A DNA stretch of 37,339 nucleotides from a virus (taxonomy: Duplodnaviria > Heunggongvirae > Uroviricota > Caudoviricetes), in IMG/VR virus record IMGVR_UViG_2585427777_000002, positions 1 through 37,339 of that record; one strand, written 5' to 3'. The position numbers and the translations under genes were made by a program. The notes beneath the pieces were generated by a model, which made no database searches, had not been told where the DNA came from, and worked only from the letters and a program-made list of their open reading frames with translations. The stretch's first letter is position 1. Each line of letters starts with the position of its first letter. Positions 17,113 through 26,184 of the stretch are shown in pieces.

Positions 17113-19583
17113 CAGAATCCCCCAACAGTAAGGCGAGGAATAACGGCAAGAACAGACAGCGGCAACGGATCAAGCTGACGGATTTTTACACGTCCGTTTT
17201 TGCCCCAGTTACTGTCCAGTTTCACTTCTACTTTTCCGGTAGCATCATCAACAGGATCATCGTAGAACTCGAATTCACGCTGTGGATATTCGTACCATTT
17301 ACCGCCGGGCGTAGTCGCCCAGATGCCGCGACTGGCATTCACAACCAGAGTAACGGAGGGGATCACCTGTTTTTTGTCCAGCAGCGTTTCCTGTCCGTTA
17401 ATGTTGATATCCAGTGTTTCGAATTCAGCAGTTATTGGCAGGCCGATGTGCACTACAGCCCCCGGAGATTCCAGCGTGACGGCACCTCCGGAAACCACTT
17501 TCTGTGGTTCCACGTTCGCATCAGAGAGAATGTTTACGGTCTGGCCTTCAAGATGAGACAGGCCTCCAAATGTCCGGCGCGCCATCTGCCAGTTCGTGGT
17601 GGCCACATTCCTGAGGGATGGCGGGACGTTCCTGTTAGCACGAACCACTACAGCGGTATTGCTGGTTACAGAAATAATGTCGCAACGTAATTCTTTTGAC
17701 ACCTCATCGCCAGTATCAGGATCAGTTCCGGTATAAGGGAACTGTAGTTGCGCGCCGACATCACTACTGGTGAAGTACGCACCACCAGAAACACTGATTG
17801 TATATTCCGCGCGGTAATCCCATTCGCCAGAACCACCAGTGATGGTCATCGTTCTGTCAGACGTATTTCTTCCATCATAGCTAAGGCCAGAATCAACAAA
17901 GAAAGCATCTTCATCGCTGGTAAATAAACGGCTGGACAGTCTCTCGATGTATCTCACTGTTTGCCCGTTAACGGTCCTGTTAACGGCGAAATACACCGCA
18001 TCTTCATTGCCTTCGCTGATACTGCATGTGCTTTCATATTTTCCGGTACTGGATTGTGGTGCCCATGCAAAAACCTGCTGATCACGCAAATAGGTCATCA
18101 CCAGTAATTTACCGTCATCACGAATGCAGAAGGCGCTGGAGTAAGGGACAATAGAGAAGCACCAGTCAACAATGCTGTGCTTCTGAAAAAGATGATTGGC
18201 AAGGATGGTCAGGTCGTTCCCCTGATAGCCGTCAACATCGAATGAGTAGGCCAGATCACGGACAACACTGCCTTTCTCCTGGACGAACAGAGCAATATTC
18301 GCCACGGCAATTGGTGGGACATTGCTCGAGCCATTTGATCCCTGAGAGCTGAATGCAAATGATGATGGGGTTAACACTTTGTTCTGGTCGCCGGTGATGA
18401 CGTACTCACCTCCGGAAGTCAGTGCCACCAGCGAACCGACATCAATCAGGTGGCGGATCTCATTAACCTGACGCCCGGCATAGGTGTAGATAATTCTGTC
18501 GTCATCCTGCGTAGGATTGCTTTTGCCAAAATCCTTATAATCCCCGGTACGGCTGGCCCAGATAGTCTGAGGGAACGCAGTCGATGCGGCGAAGTAAAGA
18601 CGTTGTTGATAATAAACAACAGTGCCAGGATAACCATTAACACTGTTCCAGGCATATTTAGCCCATTTATAGCTGGCATTATCCTCGCCAACGACCTGCG
18701 AAGGGATATAGGAAATCACCTCAGCAGTTGCAGTAGTGCCATTTGCAGCAGTGATACGGGCAATGCCAAAACCACTGTGCAGATACTCCCACTCAATGCC
18801 AGTATCATCATCACCGGATCCGCCCCAGCCATCCCATGATGTGCCTTCTGTATGCGAAGGGCGCAAAGTACCTGTTTTGCCTGCTGTAACGGCGCGATAG
18901 TAGTTACTGTCTGCACGGCGAATATCGCCAACCGACGTACTCTTACTGGTTTCCCATACCGGCACAGAATCCACTGCAGGCTGTTCCAGATAGAACAATT
19001 TGCCTACCTGCTCCGCGCCAAAAATAGAGGCGCTTGCCGTTAACGTAATTGTCCCGGTGCTGGCGCTGGCATAAACCGTCACTGACTCGTCAATATTGAT
19101 ATCTTCAAATGGCCCGTTCTTCGTTACCACATCAACCAGTTGCCAGTTGTCATGAGCATATCTGCGCAACTCTTTCGGCGGGTATGCCGGGTGAACCAGC
19201 GTAAGCACGTCGGCGCTTTGCGTGAATTTAATTCGGAACAGATCGGCTTCAGTATATGGCGTGGCAATTTCATAAATAACATTGCTGCTGTTCAGCACCA
19301 ACGCACCATCTTTGATAACGCGCATGTACTGGTGTCCGAACTCCAGAGCATAGGTCTGAACCGTCGAGAACTGGAACGGGATCAGGCGGCATTTCCGATT
19401 TGGGTATTTGGCGGCACCGACAAAACGCGTACCAGGTCGATTCTCAACGCCGCCATACTGCCGCACGATAAAGTTATCGCACTTGCGCAATGCCACCTGG
19501 TACTTCGCCATGTCAATACGCCCGTACAACGACGGTCCAATCTCACCACCGGCAAAGCTGGGCTGGATCCAACTGATAGCCAT
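17112..19583 (-). CDS. tail tubular protein B (T7 gp12-like)
   Basis: 823 aa; N-terminus MAISWIQPSFAGGEIGPSLYGRID resembles T7 gp12; follows the gp11-like gene. Confidence 0.8.
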   Translation of the reverse strand: MAISWIQPSFAGGEIGPSLYGRIDMAKYQVALRKCDNFIVRQYGGVENRPGTRFVGAAKYPNRKCRLIPFQFSTVQTYALEFGHQYMRVIKDGALVLNSSNVIYEIATPYTEADLFRIKFTQSADVLTLVHPAYPPKELRRYAHDNWQLVDVVTKNGPFEDINIDESVTVYASASTGTITLTASASIFGAEQVGKLFYLEQPAVDSVPVWETSKSTSVGDIRRADSNYYRAVTAGKTGTLRPSHTEGTSWDGWGGSGDDDTGIEWEYLHSGFGIARITAANGTTATAEVISYIPSQVVGEDNASYKWAKYAWNSVNGYPGTVVYYQQRLYFAASTAFPQTIWASRTGDYKDFGKSNPTQDDDRIIYTYAGRQVNEIRHLIDVGSLVALTSGGEYVITGDQNKVLTPSSFAFSSQGSNGSSNVPPIAVANIALFVQEKGSVVRDLAYSFDVDGYQGNDLTILANHLFQKHSIVDWCFSIVPYSSAFCIRDDGKLLVMTYLRDQQVFAWAPQSSTGKYESTCSISEGNEDAVYFAVNRTVNGQTVRYIERLSSRLFTSDEDAFFVDSGLSYDGRNTSDRTMTITGGSGEWDYRAEYTISVSGGAYFTSSDVGAQLQFPYTGTDPDTGDEVSKELRCDIISVTSNTAVVVRANRNVPPSLRNVATTNWQMARRTFGGLSHLEGQTVNILSDANVEPQKVVSGGAVTLESPGAVVHIGLPITAEFETLDININGQETLLDKKQVIPSVTLVVNASRGIWATTPGGKWYEYPQREFEFYDDPVDDATGKVEVKLDSNWGKNGRVKIRQLDPLPLSVLAVIPRLTVGGF

Positions 19584-20188
19584 CAGGACAACCTCGCAAT
19601 GGTAAACTCATCAACCGGTGGCTGTGGTTCCTGTGATTCATTCTGGCTATGCGAGCCAGCACTAAGAATCACGCGATTGTACATATTGAGGGCAAACGTA
19701 CCGAGGTCTGCATTCCCAGTCAGCGCCATGTTAATAGCTGCCGCAAGACGCCAGGCCAACGCCTCCATAAAAATGGCATCAAACATGTTCACATCTGTAA
19801 CGCGAGAGACATACTTGAGCCATGCCTGAGGCTGGTCTGTGTAGATCAACTTTCCTGTTCCGTTGGTGTCTGCACCAACTTCGTACTGAACGCGCATTGC
19901 TGCTGTTGGATTGCGTACACCAGGAAGCATAATTTCAGTAATGCGCAGACAATCTGACGGGTACTGGTACGCATATTCCCAGTCAGGCGGTGGATTGCTC
20001 GTATCTGCAAGCGCCACGCGTTTGGTAGCAAAGTTCCAGTCAAAATCAGAAAGCACAGCATCACGGCAGGCCTCAAAGTGCAGCGAACATTCCCCCGCTT
20101 CCTTGCTGGCTTCCGTCAGGCTGTTAATGCTGCGGCTGTTGCCAATATTGGACAGCGCACGATTGCAGATCTCTACTACAGAGGCCAT
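19583..20188 (-). CDS. tail tubular protein A (T7 gp11-like)
   Basis: 201 aa; N-terminal ICNRALSNIGNSRSINSL resembles T7 gp11; AGGAG RBS. Confidence 0.75.
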   Translation of the reverse strand: MASVVEICNRALSNIGNSRSINSLTEASKEAGECSLHFEACRDAVLSDFDWNFATKRVALADTSNPPPDWEYAYQYPSDCLRITEIMLPGVRNPTAAMRVQYEVGADTNGTGKLIYTDQPQAWLKYVSRVTDVNMFDAIFMEALAWRLAAAINMALTGNADLGTFALNMYNRVILSAGSHSQNESQEPQPPVDEFTIARLS

Positions 20189-20204
20189 AAGTTTCTATAC
20201 TCCT

Positions 20205-20226
20205 GCAATAAAGGGGCCGAAGCCCC
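20205..20226 (-). terminator. intra-operon hairpin/partial terminator between head and tail gene blocks
   Basis: Stem GGGGC/GCCCC with short loop, followed on the minus strand by TTTATT. Confidence 0.45.
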
Positions 20227-20244
20227 TTGTCTGATTCGCGAGGC

Positions 20245-20580
20245 TTACACGCCCAGTTCTTTACGCTTATCTGCGATCTTCTCGCGTAGCGTTTCGGCTT
20301 TGGCGTTATGGTGTGGCTTCTCGTTAAAGAGCAATTCGTACTCTTCACGGAGCTTATCCAGTTCACCATCATCTGACACATCGTTGATGATTTTGGTGCT
20401 GGTTGCTGCCATTGACACCTTTCCTGCAACTTTTGCTTTTGCCTGTCTGGCTGCATCGTTAACAGGTTCCAGTGCGCTACCAGGCTCACCTTCGTATTCG
20501 ATTTCTGCCCCCTCCGGCCACAGAGTGTTATGGATATGAGAGAGGCGCAGAACGCGGTATCTTGGTTTCTCACCTGACAT
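20245..20580 (-). CDS. hypothetical head-module protein
   Basis: ORF 20245..20589; ATG at 20578..20580 has a strong AAGGTGA RBS. Confidence 0.5.
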   Translation of the reverse strand: MSGEKPRYRVLRLSHIHNTLWPEGAEIEYEGEPGSALEPVNDAARQAKAKVAGKVSMAATSTKIINDVSDDGELDKLREEYELLFNEKPHHNAKAETLREKIADKRKELGV

Positions 20581-20590
20581 CGATATCACC

Positions 20591-21028
20591 TTAACCAGTT
20601 ACTTTTGAGCGGATCGGATACGGCGTATTGGCATCAACATCAAGACTGATACCAGCAGTGAATTCGCCAGCCGTTAGTGGGCCAGTTGCGACGGAGTAGT
20701 TAACACGCAGATATCGCTGAACACCGGCAGGCACCTTTGCAGAAACAACTCGTTTACCTGCTGTCAGGGCGGTCTTTGCCAGTGCGCCACTATCATAAAT
20801 AGTGGTCCATGAGCTGTTATTCTCACTCGTCTGCAACTGGATGTTTACAGTTGCATCACCGCTTGCTGCGGCGGCTGCGTTAACCAGCACCCAAAACTCA
20901 AGCGGGTAACCCACGCCGATATCGCGATGGTTTCCATCAATTGGACCGAGATCGATTACGTCAGTAGAAGCCGCGGTATCAGTTACCGCCTGTGCTTCGG
21001 AGAACATCAACAGTTTGTCGGTGATCAT
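20591..21028 (-). CDS. hypothetical structural protein (possible capsid decoration or minor capsid protein)
   Basis: 145 aa directly after the major capsid gene; GGAG RBS; no motif recognised. Confidence 0.5.
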   Translation of the reverse strand: MITDKLLMFSEAQAVTDTAASTDVIDLGPIDGNHRDIGVGYPLEFWVLVNAAAAASGDATVNIQLQTSENNSSWTTIYDSGALAKTALTAGKRVVSAKVPAGVQRYLRVNYSVATGPLTAGEFTAGISLDVDANTPYPIRSKVTG

Positions 21029-21079
21029 CTTCTTTCTCCATTAGTGGGTCTGTTACGACCCACAGGTTAATAACAGGCG

Positions 21080-22066
21080 TTACACCACGCGGGCTTCTGT
21101 TTCCAGAAGCGCATCAGTTTCACGGATTGGTACACCACGGAATGAAGTCCACCACTCGCCTTCTGTCTCTTTTACGCTGATCGCCAGAGATGTTTTCTCC
21201 AGAGATTGCAGATCAAGAGCCTGACCTACAGTGCGGTTCATGTAGAACACTGGGCGCCCCATGCCACGGTTTGGAATGCGATGCAGTGCTTTAACCATCA
21301 ACTTCGCAATATTTGCGGCAGAGGAAGGTTCTGAAAGATTGCTGACATCGATGTTTGCAATGCGAACAACATAACGCCAGTCACGCAGAGCAAGTCCGTT
21401 GTCCCATTTGTAATGGGTGCGGTAGCCTTCGTACTTGCCGCCATTAGCATCTTCCAGTGTCACCTGGCCTTTATCTTCCATCTGAATGCCAGCCTTCTGC
21501 CCTTTCGGGAAGATGCCATGCACGGTGTTTTCGCCCCACACCACTAACCAGATTGAGGTGTTATCTGTACCCGTGCCACCAGCATCAATGATGTTCTGAG
21601 CATTACCTGCAGACAGGCTGGAATAGCGGGAGGACAGTCCCATAAACTGCTGAGGGTTAACGCTGGAATCACCATAAAACAACGTCTGCGCCATCTGCTG
21701 ATTCATCGCTTCAATAAATGCGCGGTCTTCAGACAGGCGGAATTCGGCGGTATTGCCGTTCAGATCAGCCAGTGACTTATCGACTTCAGCATAGGTTTCC
21801 AGCATGCCCACGGAATCGGTTACCTGCACTGTGGTTGATTTGCTTGGCTGTACGCCATAGTTCAGCAAACGCCAGGTAGCTGAAGGTAAACCAGAACGAA
21901 TGGTGGTTTTGTGTCCGGTAGGAAGGTTCCCTTCGACAAAAGGCATATCCTGAAGGATCGGGTTAGTTTGACCGAGAAGCTCGATAATCTTATCGACTTT
22001 CCCATCTGGATCGACGCGCTTACCCCAGTCAGCCAGCGTTAGCGCAGTTAAGCCTTTAACAGCCAT
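21080..22066 (-). CDS. major capsid protein
   Basis: About 328 aa following the scaffold gene; GAGAGG RBS fits the ATG at 22064..22066 better than the first ATG. Confidence 0.8.
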   Translation of the reverse strand: MAVKGLTALTLADWGKRVDPDGKVDKIIELLGQTNPILQDMPFVEGNLPTGHKTTIRSGLPSATWRLLNYGVQPSKSTTVQVTDSVGMLETYAEVDKSLADLNGNTAEFRLSEDRAFIEAMNQQMAQTLFYGDSSVNPQQFMGLSSRYSSLSAGNAQNIIDAGGTGTDNTSIWLVVWGENTVHGIFPKGQKAGIQMEDKGQVTLEDANGGKYEGYRTHYKWDNGLALRDWRYVVRIANIDVSNLSEPSSAANIAKLMVKALHRIPNRGMGRPVFYMNRTVGQALDLQSLEKTSLAISVKETEGEWWTSFRGVPIRETDALLETEARVV

Positions 22067-22080
22067 TGTCATTTCCTCTC

Positions 22081-22782
22081 TTATTTGCCATAGAGCACTT
22101 CGGCCGCACTACGCTGGCCTTCATTACCACCGGTGACCATGCCATCTTCAGACATCGCCTTTCCGATTTTCACGAACGTTTTGACCAGATCAGGGTGATT
22201 ACCCAGCCCGGTGGTGTTCAGATATTCTTTGAGTTCAGGTGTCCCGAACTGGTCAAGCGCACGCTGTGCGGCGCTAAGGTTAGAAATCAACTTGTCGCCA
22301 CCGATTTCTTTGTCAGCTTTTACATCCGCAGCCCACTGCTCGGTTGTTTTCTGCCAGGCTTCTGCCTGGCGCTGCTGAACACCTGCCAGAATCTTCGGAT
22401 AAGCATCAACCAGCTTTTGCGCTTGCTCGTTGGTCAGGTTAAGTTCTCGCGCCACTGGCTCGAATTCCTTCAACGCTTCTGTATCCAGCTCTACGCCTTC
22501 GGCAGCATGAAATTCGTACTTCTCCGGCGCACCCTCTGGTTTATCGCCGTCCTTTTTTTCACCCTGCTTATCGTTTTCAGATTTTTTTTCATCATCAGGT
22601 TTATCGACATCAACAACAGGTTGTGGCTTATCACCTTCCTGTTGTGATGGATCACCAACTGGAGCAGGGTTATCACCTGCAGGCGCTGACGGTTCTGACG
22701 CAGCCGGAGCTGCTCCACCATCGACTTGTTGCTCATTGCAAAGACGGCGATACAGCAAACGCTCAAATAAATTCATGATCAC
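22081..22782 (-). CDS. scaffolding protein
   Basis: 233 aa, highly acidic and Lys/Glu/Asp/Pro-rich, between portal and capsid genes as in T7 gp9. Confidence 0.7.
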   Translation of the reverse strand: MIMNLFERLLYRRLCNEQQVDGGAAPAASEPSAPAGDNPAPVGDPSQQEGDKPQPVVDVDKPDDEKKSENDKQGEKKDGDKPEGAPEKYEFHAAEGVELDTEALKEFEPVARELNLTNEQAQKLVDAYPKILAGVQQRQAEAWQKTTEQWAADVKADKEIGGDKLISNLSAAQRALDQFGTPELKEYLNTTGLGNHPDLVKTFVKIGKAMSEDGMVTGGNEGQRSAAEVLYGK

Positions 22783-23075
22783 TCCTGTTCACTGGCCTCT
22801 TTGGCCATCTTCAAATACTGTTCAGGGCAATGCGCCATAACGCGCTGAAACAGTTCCAGCGCCAGATTGCGTTGCCCCTCATTAAATGCCATTGCCATAG
22901 CGTCCATCGGTGAGATAGCGGAAAACACACGGCCTTTCTCCAGCACCGACCAGACAACGCGACGCCCCTGTTCACTGCTCATGACAAAGCGAATGTCATC
23001 AATTTCACGCTGCGCCATGTCACGTTGCTTACGGGCGTTTTCTTCTTTCAGTTGATCGTCTTCGTAATCTGTCAT
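22779..23075 (-). CDS. hypothetical small acidic protein
   Basis: 98 aa ORF translationally coupled between portal and scaffold. Confidence 0.5.
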   Translation of the reverse strand: MTDYEDDQLKEENARKQRDMAQREIDDIRFVMSSEQGRRVVWSVLEKGRVFSAISPMDAMAMAFNEGQRNLALELFQRVMAHCPEQYLKMAKEASEQE

Positions 23076-24751
23076 TGTGATTGCCCACCCTGACCACTAA
23101 CTGCATTCGCCATAGCTGACAACACACTCGGATCCGAAGTTTTAGCTTCGCTTAGCGTCTTGGCCCCCTGTGCCGCCGCCATCCCCATCGCCATCATTTG
23201 TTGCTGCTGTTGTTGCTGTGCCCGTTGCTGGCGAGCCTGCTCAACCTGTTCCTGCGGAACAATGACGGTTGGAGACACTCCGGACATATCAGCGAATGCA
23301 TCGATCGCCTGATCAACGTTGAGTTTGTCGAGAGCTTCTGGTTTCGCTTGCGCAAGTTGACCAATGAAGTTGACCGTAGACGCCAGACTGGACAGGCCGA
23401 TAGACTTCTGCGCCTGAGCCATGACGGAAATGTATTCGACCTTCAGGGGCATACCTTCCATCGCGTCAGGCGGTGGCGGCAGCATGTTTTTACGCACCAT
23501 CATCGAGAAAGCGCGGTCAATGAGAGGATTAAGACATTCGTCGTTCAGACGCTCCAGAACCGGCCCCAACATCAGAAGTTTTTCTTCTTTCATTTCGATC
23601 ACTGCTTCAACAGGCATCGAGCGGGTATTGATGTTCTGCAACATCATGAACAGATCGACAAAGTAGGCGCTGTTAATGATTTGACGAGTGTCCTGAATGT
23701 CTGCCACCAAATCTGCTGTACTGGGGTTAACCAGATAAGCAGGCCTGAAACCATCCTGACCAGTAATCTGATCGATATACGTGATGTCGCCAGGAAGAAG
23801 GGAGGCACGCTGATTCTTGAGGGAAGTCGGAGCAACCATCGGCGGATTGGTGGCTTTATCAATCAACTGCGACTTGCGCTTCTGGAGAAGCTGCAATGCC
23901 TTAACAGGTCCAAGCGCCAGCATACCCGGGCATGATGATCCATAAACATCTTCGCCGTTAACTTCCCAGCGCGGAGCCATAATTGGAAACTGATCGAATC
24001 CGGACTCACGCAACAACTTGTCGTTATCGCCACCAACCTCGTAATAAACCGATTTGAATGGCTTGTTCTTGCTATCCAGCTTCGATGTATCGCGGTCAAT
24101 GTTCGGGTAAACCGAATGCATCACTTCAATCCACTTCTCGTAGGTGCCGCTTTCCCACATGCTTTTTACGGATTCGCTGACGTTATTTAGCCCGAACTCC
24201 TGAACAAGCTGACGAACAGTCATAGAGAACTTGCGAAAACAGGTGTCAACACTGCCACGAGGTGAGTTAGCCAGGTAGTAACTGCCTATCGGGAATGGCA
24301 TTGTGCGAATGATGTCCTCGTCATCCTCCAGCACTGCCATTGCACCAGTGCTGTATGTGCCGAGGCTTCCGTATAACTGCGGCAGAGACTGATAGAGATT
24401 CGACTTATTGAACATATCGTTCATGCGGTTCTGCACCGCCTAAAGCCACAACTTAACAGGGCCATAATCCATCATTTCAGGATCTGGCGTAGCCAGGCGA
24501 AACCACGGACGCGCGGGGCTTGTGATGCCTGACATCATGCCGCTGGCGAGAGTGCGCGCCGCCATAGTCCCGGTCGAATCAATAATACGTGTATTGCGTC
24601 GATCGTTACGGTTGACCTCAGAAGTCAGAAAGCGGGAACCACGCGGGTTGATGTAATCACTCAACTCGCGCCAGTGCGGCTCGAACGATTGACGCTCGCT
24701 TTCAAGTTGTGCGAACTGTTTGTTCAATCGCTCTTTAGTTGTTTCCGCCAT
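23072..24751 (-). CDS. portal protein (T7 gp8-like), reading frame interrupted by an in-frame TAG at 24440..24442
   Basis: ORFs 24440..24751 and 23072..24436 are in the same frame with a single TAG between them; the N-terminal piece carries ARTLASGMMSGITSPARPWFRL resembling the T7 gp8 N-terminal region; Q-rich C-terminus; GGAG RBS before ATG 24751. Confidence 0.75.
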
Positions 24752-24765
24752 TTCAATGACTCCGG

Positions 24766-24972
24766 TTACTGACCAAGCAGCGTTTTACCGCTGGTATTAG
24801 CGGTTGATGTGTCGCCCCGAGAACCGGTAAGCAGCGTAGAACTACGACCAGCAGCAGCGCGACGGCGACGTGTTTCTTCGTCGCGGGCATCAACAACGGC
24901 GGCATCCTGCTCCTGTGGTGCTGCCTGAACTTCTGGTGTTGCAGGCACTGATGGTGAGCTACCCATGCACAT
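24766..24972 (-). CDS. hypothetical small protein
   Basis: 68 aa ORF with GGAG RBS 8 nt upstream. Confidence 0.4.
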   Translation of the reverse strand: MCMGSSPSVPATPEVQAAPQEQDAAVVDARDEETRRRRAAAGRSSTLLTGSRGDTSTANTSGKTLLGQ

Positions 24973-25061
24973 ATCAATGACTCCGTACGCAATTAAATTA
25001 TTACCAATTTAACCACATATGATTTATTTATCGTAGACAGTTGACATTTAACGCGCGAATT

Positions 25062-25078
25062 ATTACCTTTAAGGTAAC
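25062..25078. promoter_or_regulatory. operator-like palindrome ATTACCTTTAAGGTAAC with upstream TTGACA
   Basis: Perfect TTACC-N5-GGTAA; TTGACA at 25041..25046; divergent region between gene 24972 and the tRNA. Confidence 0.6.
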
Positions 25079-25399
25079 TAAAGAGTTCATTCCGGTTACT
25101 AACCTGACTGGCTTGTCGTTAAATTGAACAGGTGGAGTGAGCTTTTATTTTGAGCAGTACGGCGTATGGCACATGCGACGATAGCGGTCTGGATACGTTT
25201 AAGGGGCACCCTCCCTTGCTCGGGCAAACGAACCAGGTAGCCGGAATGTGCAAGTCGAGCGGTTTTATTCCGCGCACGGGGATTCACCATCCCGGCGATT
25301 CGGTGTGACGCCTCGGAAGAGACGAGGGTACAACGATGAGAGCATTTATGGAGCTGCGACAAAGTGTGGCGCATTAACAGGCTAAGTGCTCTCAGCGTT

Positions 25400-25476
25400 G
25401 TGGCATTAGCTCAGCTGGACAGAGCAACCGCCTTCTAAGCGGTTGGTCGCAGGTTCGAATCCTGCATGCCACGCCA
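25400..25476 (+). tRNA. tRNA-Arg (anticodon UCU), phage-encoded
   Basis: 77 nt folded by eye: 7-bp acceptor stem GTGGCAT/ATGCCAC, D-arm GCTC/GAGC, anticodon stem ACCGC/GCGGT with loop CTTCTAA, T-arm GCAGG-TTCGAAT-CCTGC, discriminator G and CCA end. Confidence 0.9.
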
Positions 25477-25519
25477 GAATCACGCCCAAGGACCGTGATG
25501 CCAGAAGTTCCAGGTGCTT

Positions 25520-25561
25520 GGCGGTGATAGTTTCCCTTGAAGGACTATCACCGCCCTTTTT
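25520..25561 (+). terminator. rho-independent terminator downstream of the tRNA
   Basis: 12-bp stem GGCGGTGATAGT/ACTATCACCGCC followed by CTTTTT. Confidence 0.65.
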
Positions 25562-25639
25562 ACAGCAGGACGCCATTGCGATGACTTCATGCTGTAAACC
25601 AGTACAGCCACGGAAGGCATAACTCATTGCTTCCAGTTC

Positions 25640-25663
25640 GCCCGGTTCGCCGGGCATTTTTTT
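25640..25663 (+). terminator. hairpin plus T-run immediately upstream of gene 25675 (terminator or attenuator)
   Basis: GCCCGG-ttcg-CCGGGC followed by TTTTTTT, then the RBS AAGGTGA. Confidence 0.5.
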
Positions 25664-25674
25664 AAGGTGAGATC

Positions 25675-26094
25675 ATGAAGACAATTGATATGTTGGCTAA
25701 GTATCTAAATGAATGGCCATTAAAATATTCTCGTATCGTTCAGGCTGAAGACTGCATTTTTTATGGCGTTCTTGCTGGTAATGAAATGCATTACGAAGTA
25801 ATTCAGAGTGAGGGACTGGCTGGGTTAACTCTTAGCGAAGACCATGGTACTAGCGTTACGTTCCATGACTGGATAACAGCACAACGTTCTGAAATGGAAA
25901 AAGGCGATGTTTTTGATATTTCTCGCGCTGTTTACGCTAAAGCAAAAAGTGATAATGATTACATGAGCGAACACTTATACAACATGAAGTTGCAATGCCT
26001 GCATGCGGCGCTTATTCAGAATGGGCACTTCGATAAAACAAGTGCCATCAATATTGCGGAAGCCATCAACGCTGGATTTAATGCCATTAAGTAA
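25675..26094 (+). CDS. hypothetical protein (cargo gene between terminase and portal)
   Basis: 139 aa with AAGGTGA RBS; opposite strand to the structural operon; flanked by terminators; no family recognised. Confidence 0.6.
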   Translation: MKTIDMLAKYLNEWPLKYSRIVQAEDCIFYGVLAGNEMHYEVIQSEGLAGLTLSEDHGTSVTFHDWITAQRSEMEKGDVFDISRAVYAKAKSDNDYMSEHLYNMKLQCLHAALIQNGHFDKTSAINIAEAINAGFNAIK

Positions 26095-26098
26095 CACC

Positions 26099-26110
26099 GT
26101 GACATGTCAC
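26099..26110. repeat. 12-bp perfect palindrome GTGACATGTCAC
   Basis: Second copy of the palindrome at 8204..8215. Confidence 0.5.
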
Positions 26111-26114
26111 AAAC

Positions 26115-26141
26115 AGCCAGCCGATGAGCTGGCTTTGTTTT
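26115..26141 (+). terminator. rho-independent terminator of gene 25675..26094
   Basis: Stem AGCCAGC/GCTGGCT followed by TTGTTTT. Confidence 0.6.
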
Positions 26142-26184
26142 ATCCTCATCAGAGGATATCAACGACATTATCCCCACCAGCGGA

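Noticed and set aside
23190-23225. CAA/CAG-rich tract near the 3' end of the portal gene as a simple-sequence contingency locus
   Set aside because: It is an imperfect codon run encoding a Q-rich C-terminal tail, not a pure slippage-prone tandem repeat.
24422-24751. Treating the 103-codon ORF and the downstream portal ORF as two separate genes
   Set aside because: The upstream ORF carries a portal N-terminal motif and the two ORFs share a frame with a single stop between them; the two-gene reading stays a minority possibility.
25400-25476. Possibility that the phage tRNA is an amber suppressor explaining the TAG in the portal gene
   Set aside because: The anticodon loop reads CTTCTAA, giving anticodon UCU (arginine, AGA codons), not CUA.
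25099-25657. Minus-strand ORFs 25099..25374 and 25406..25657
   Set aside because: They overlap the tRNA gene and its terminator on the opposite strand and have no RBS; judged spurious.
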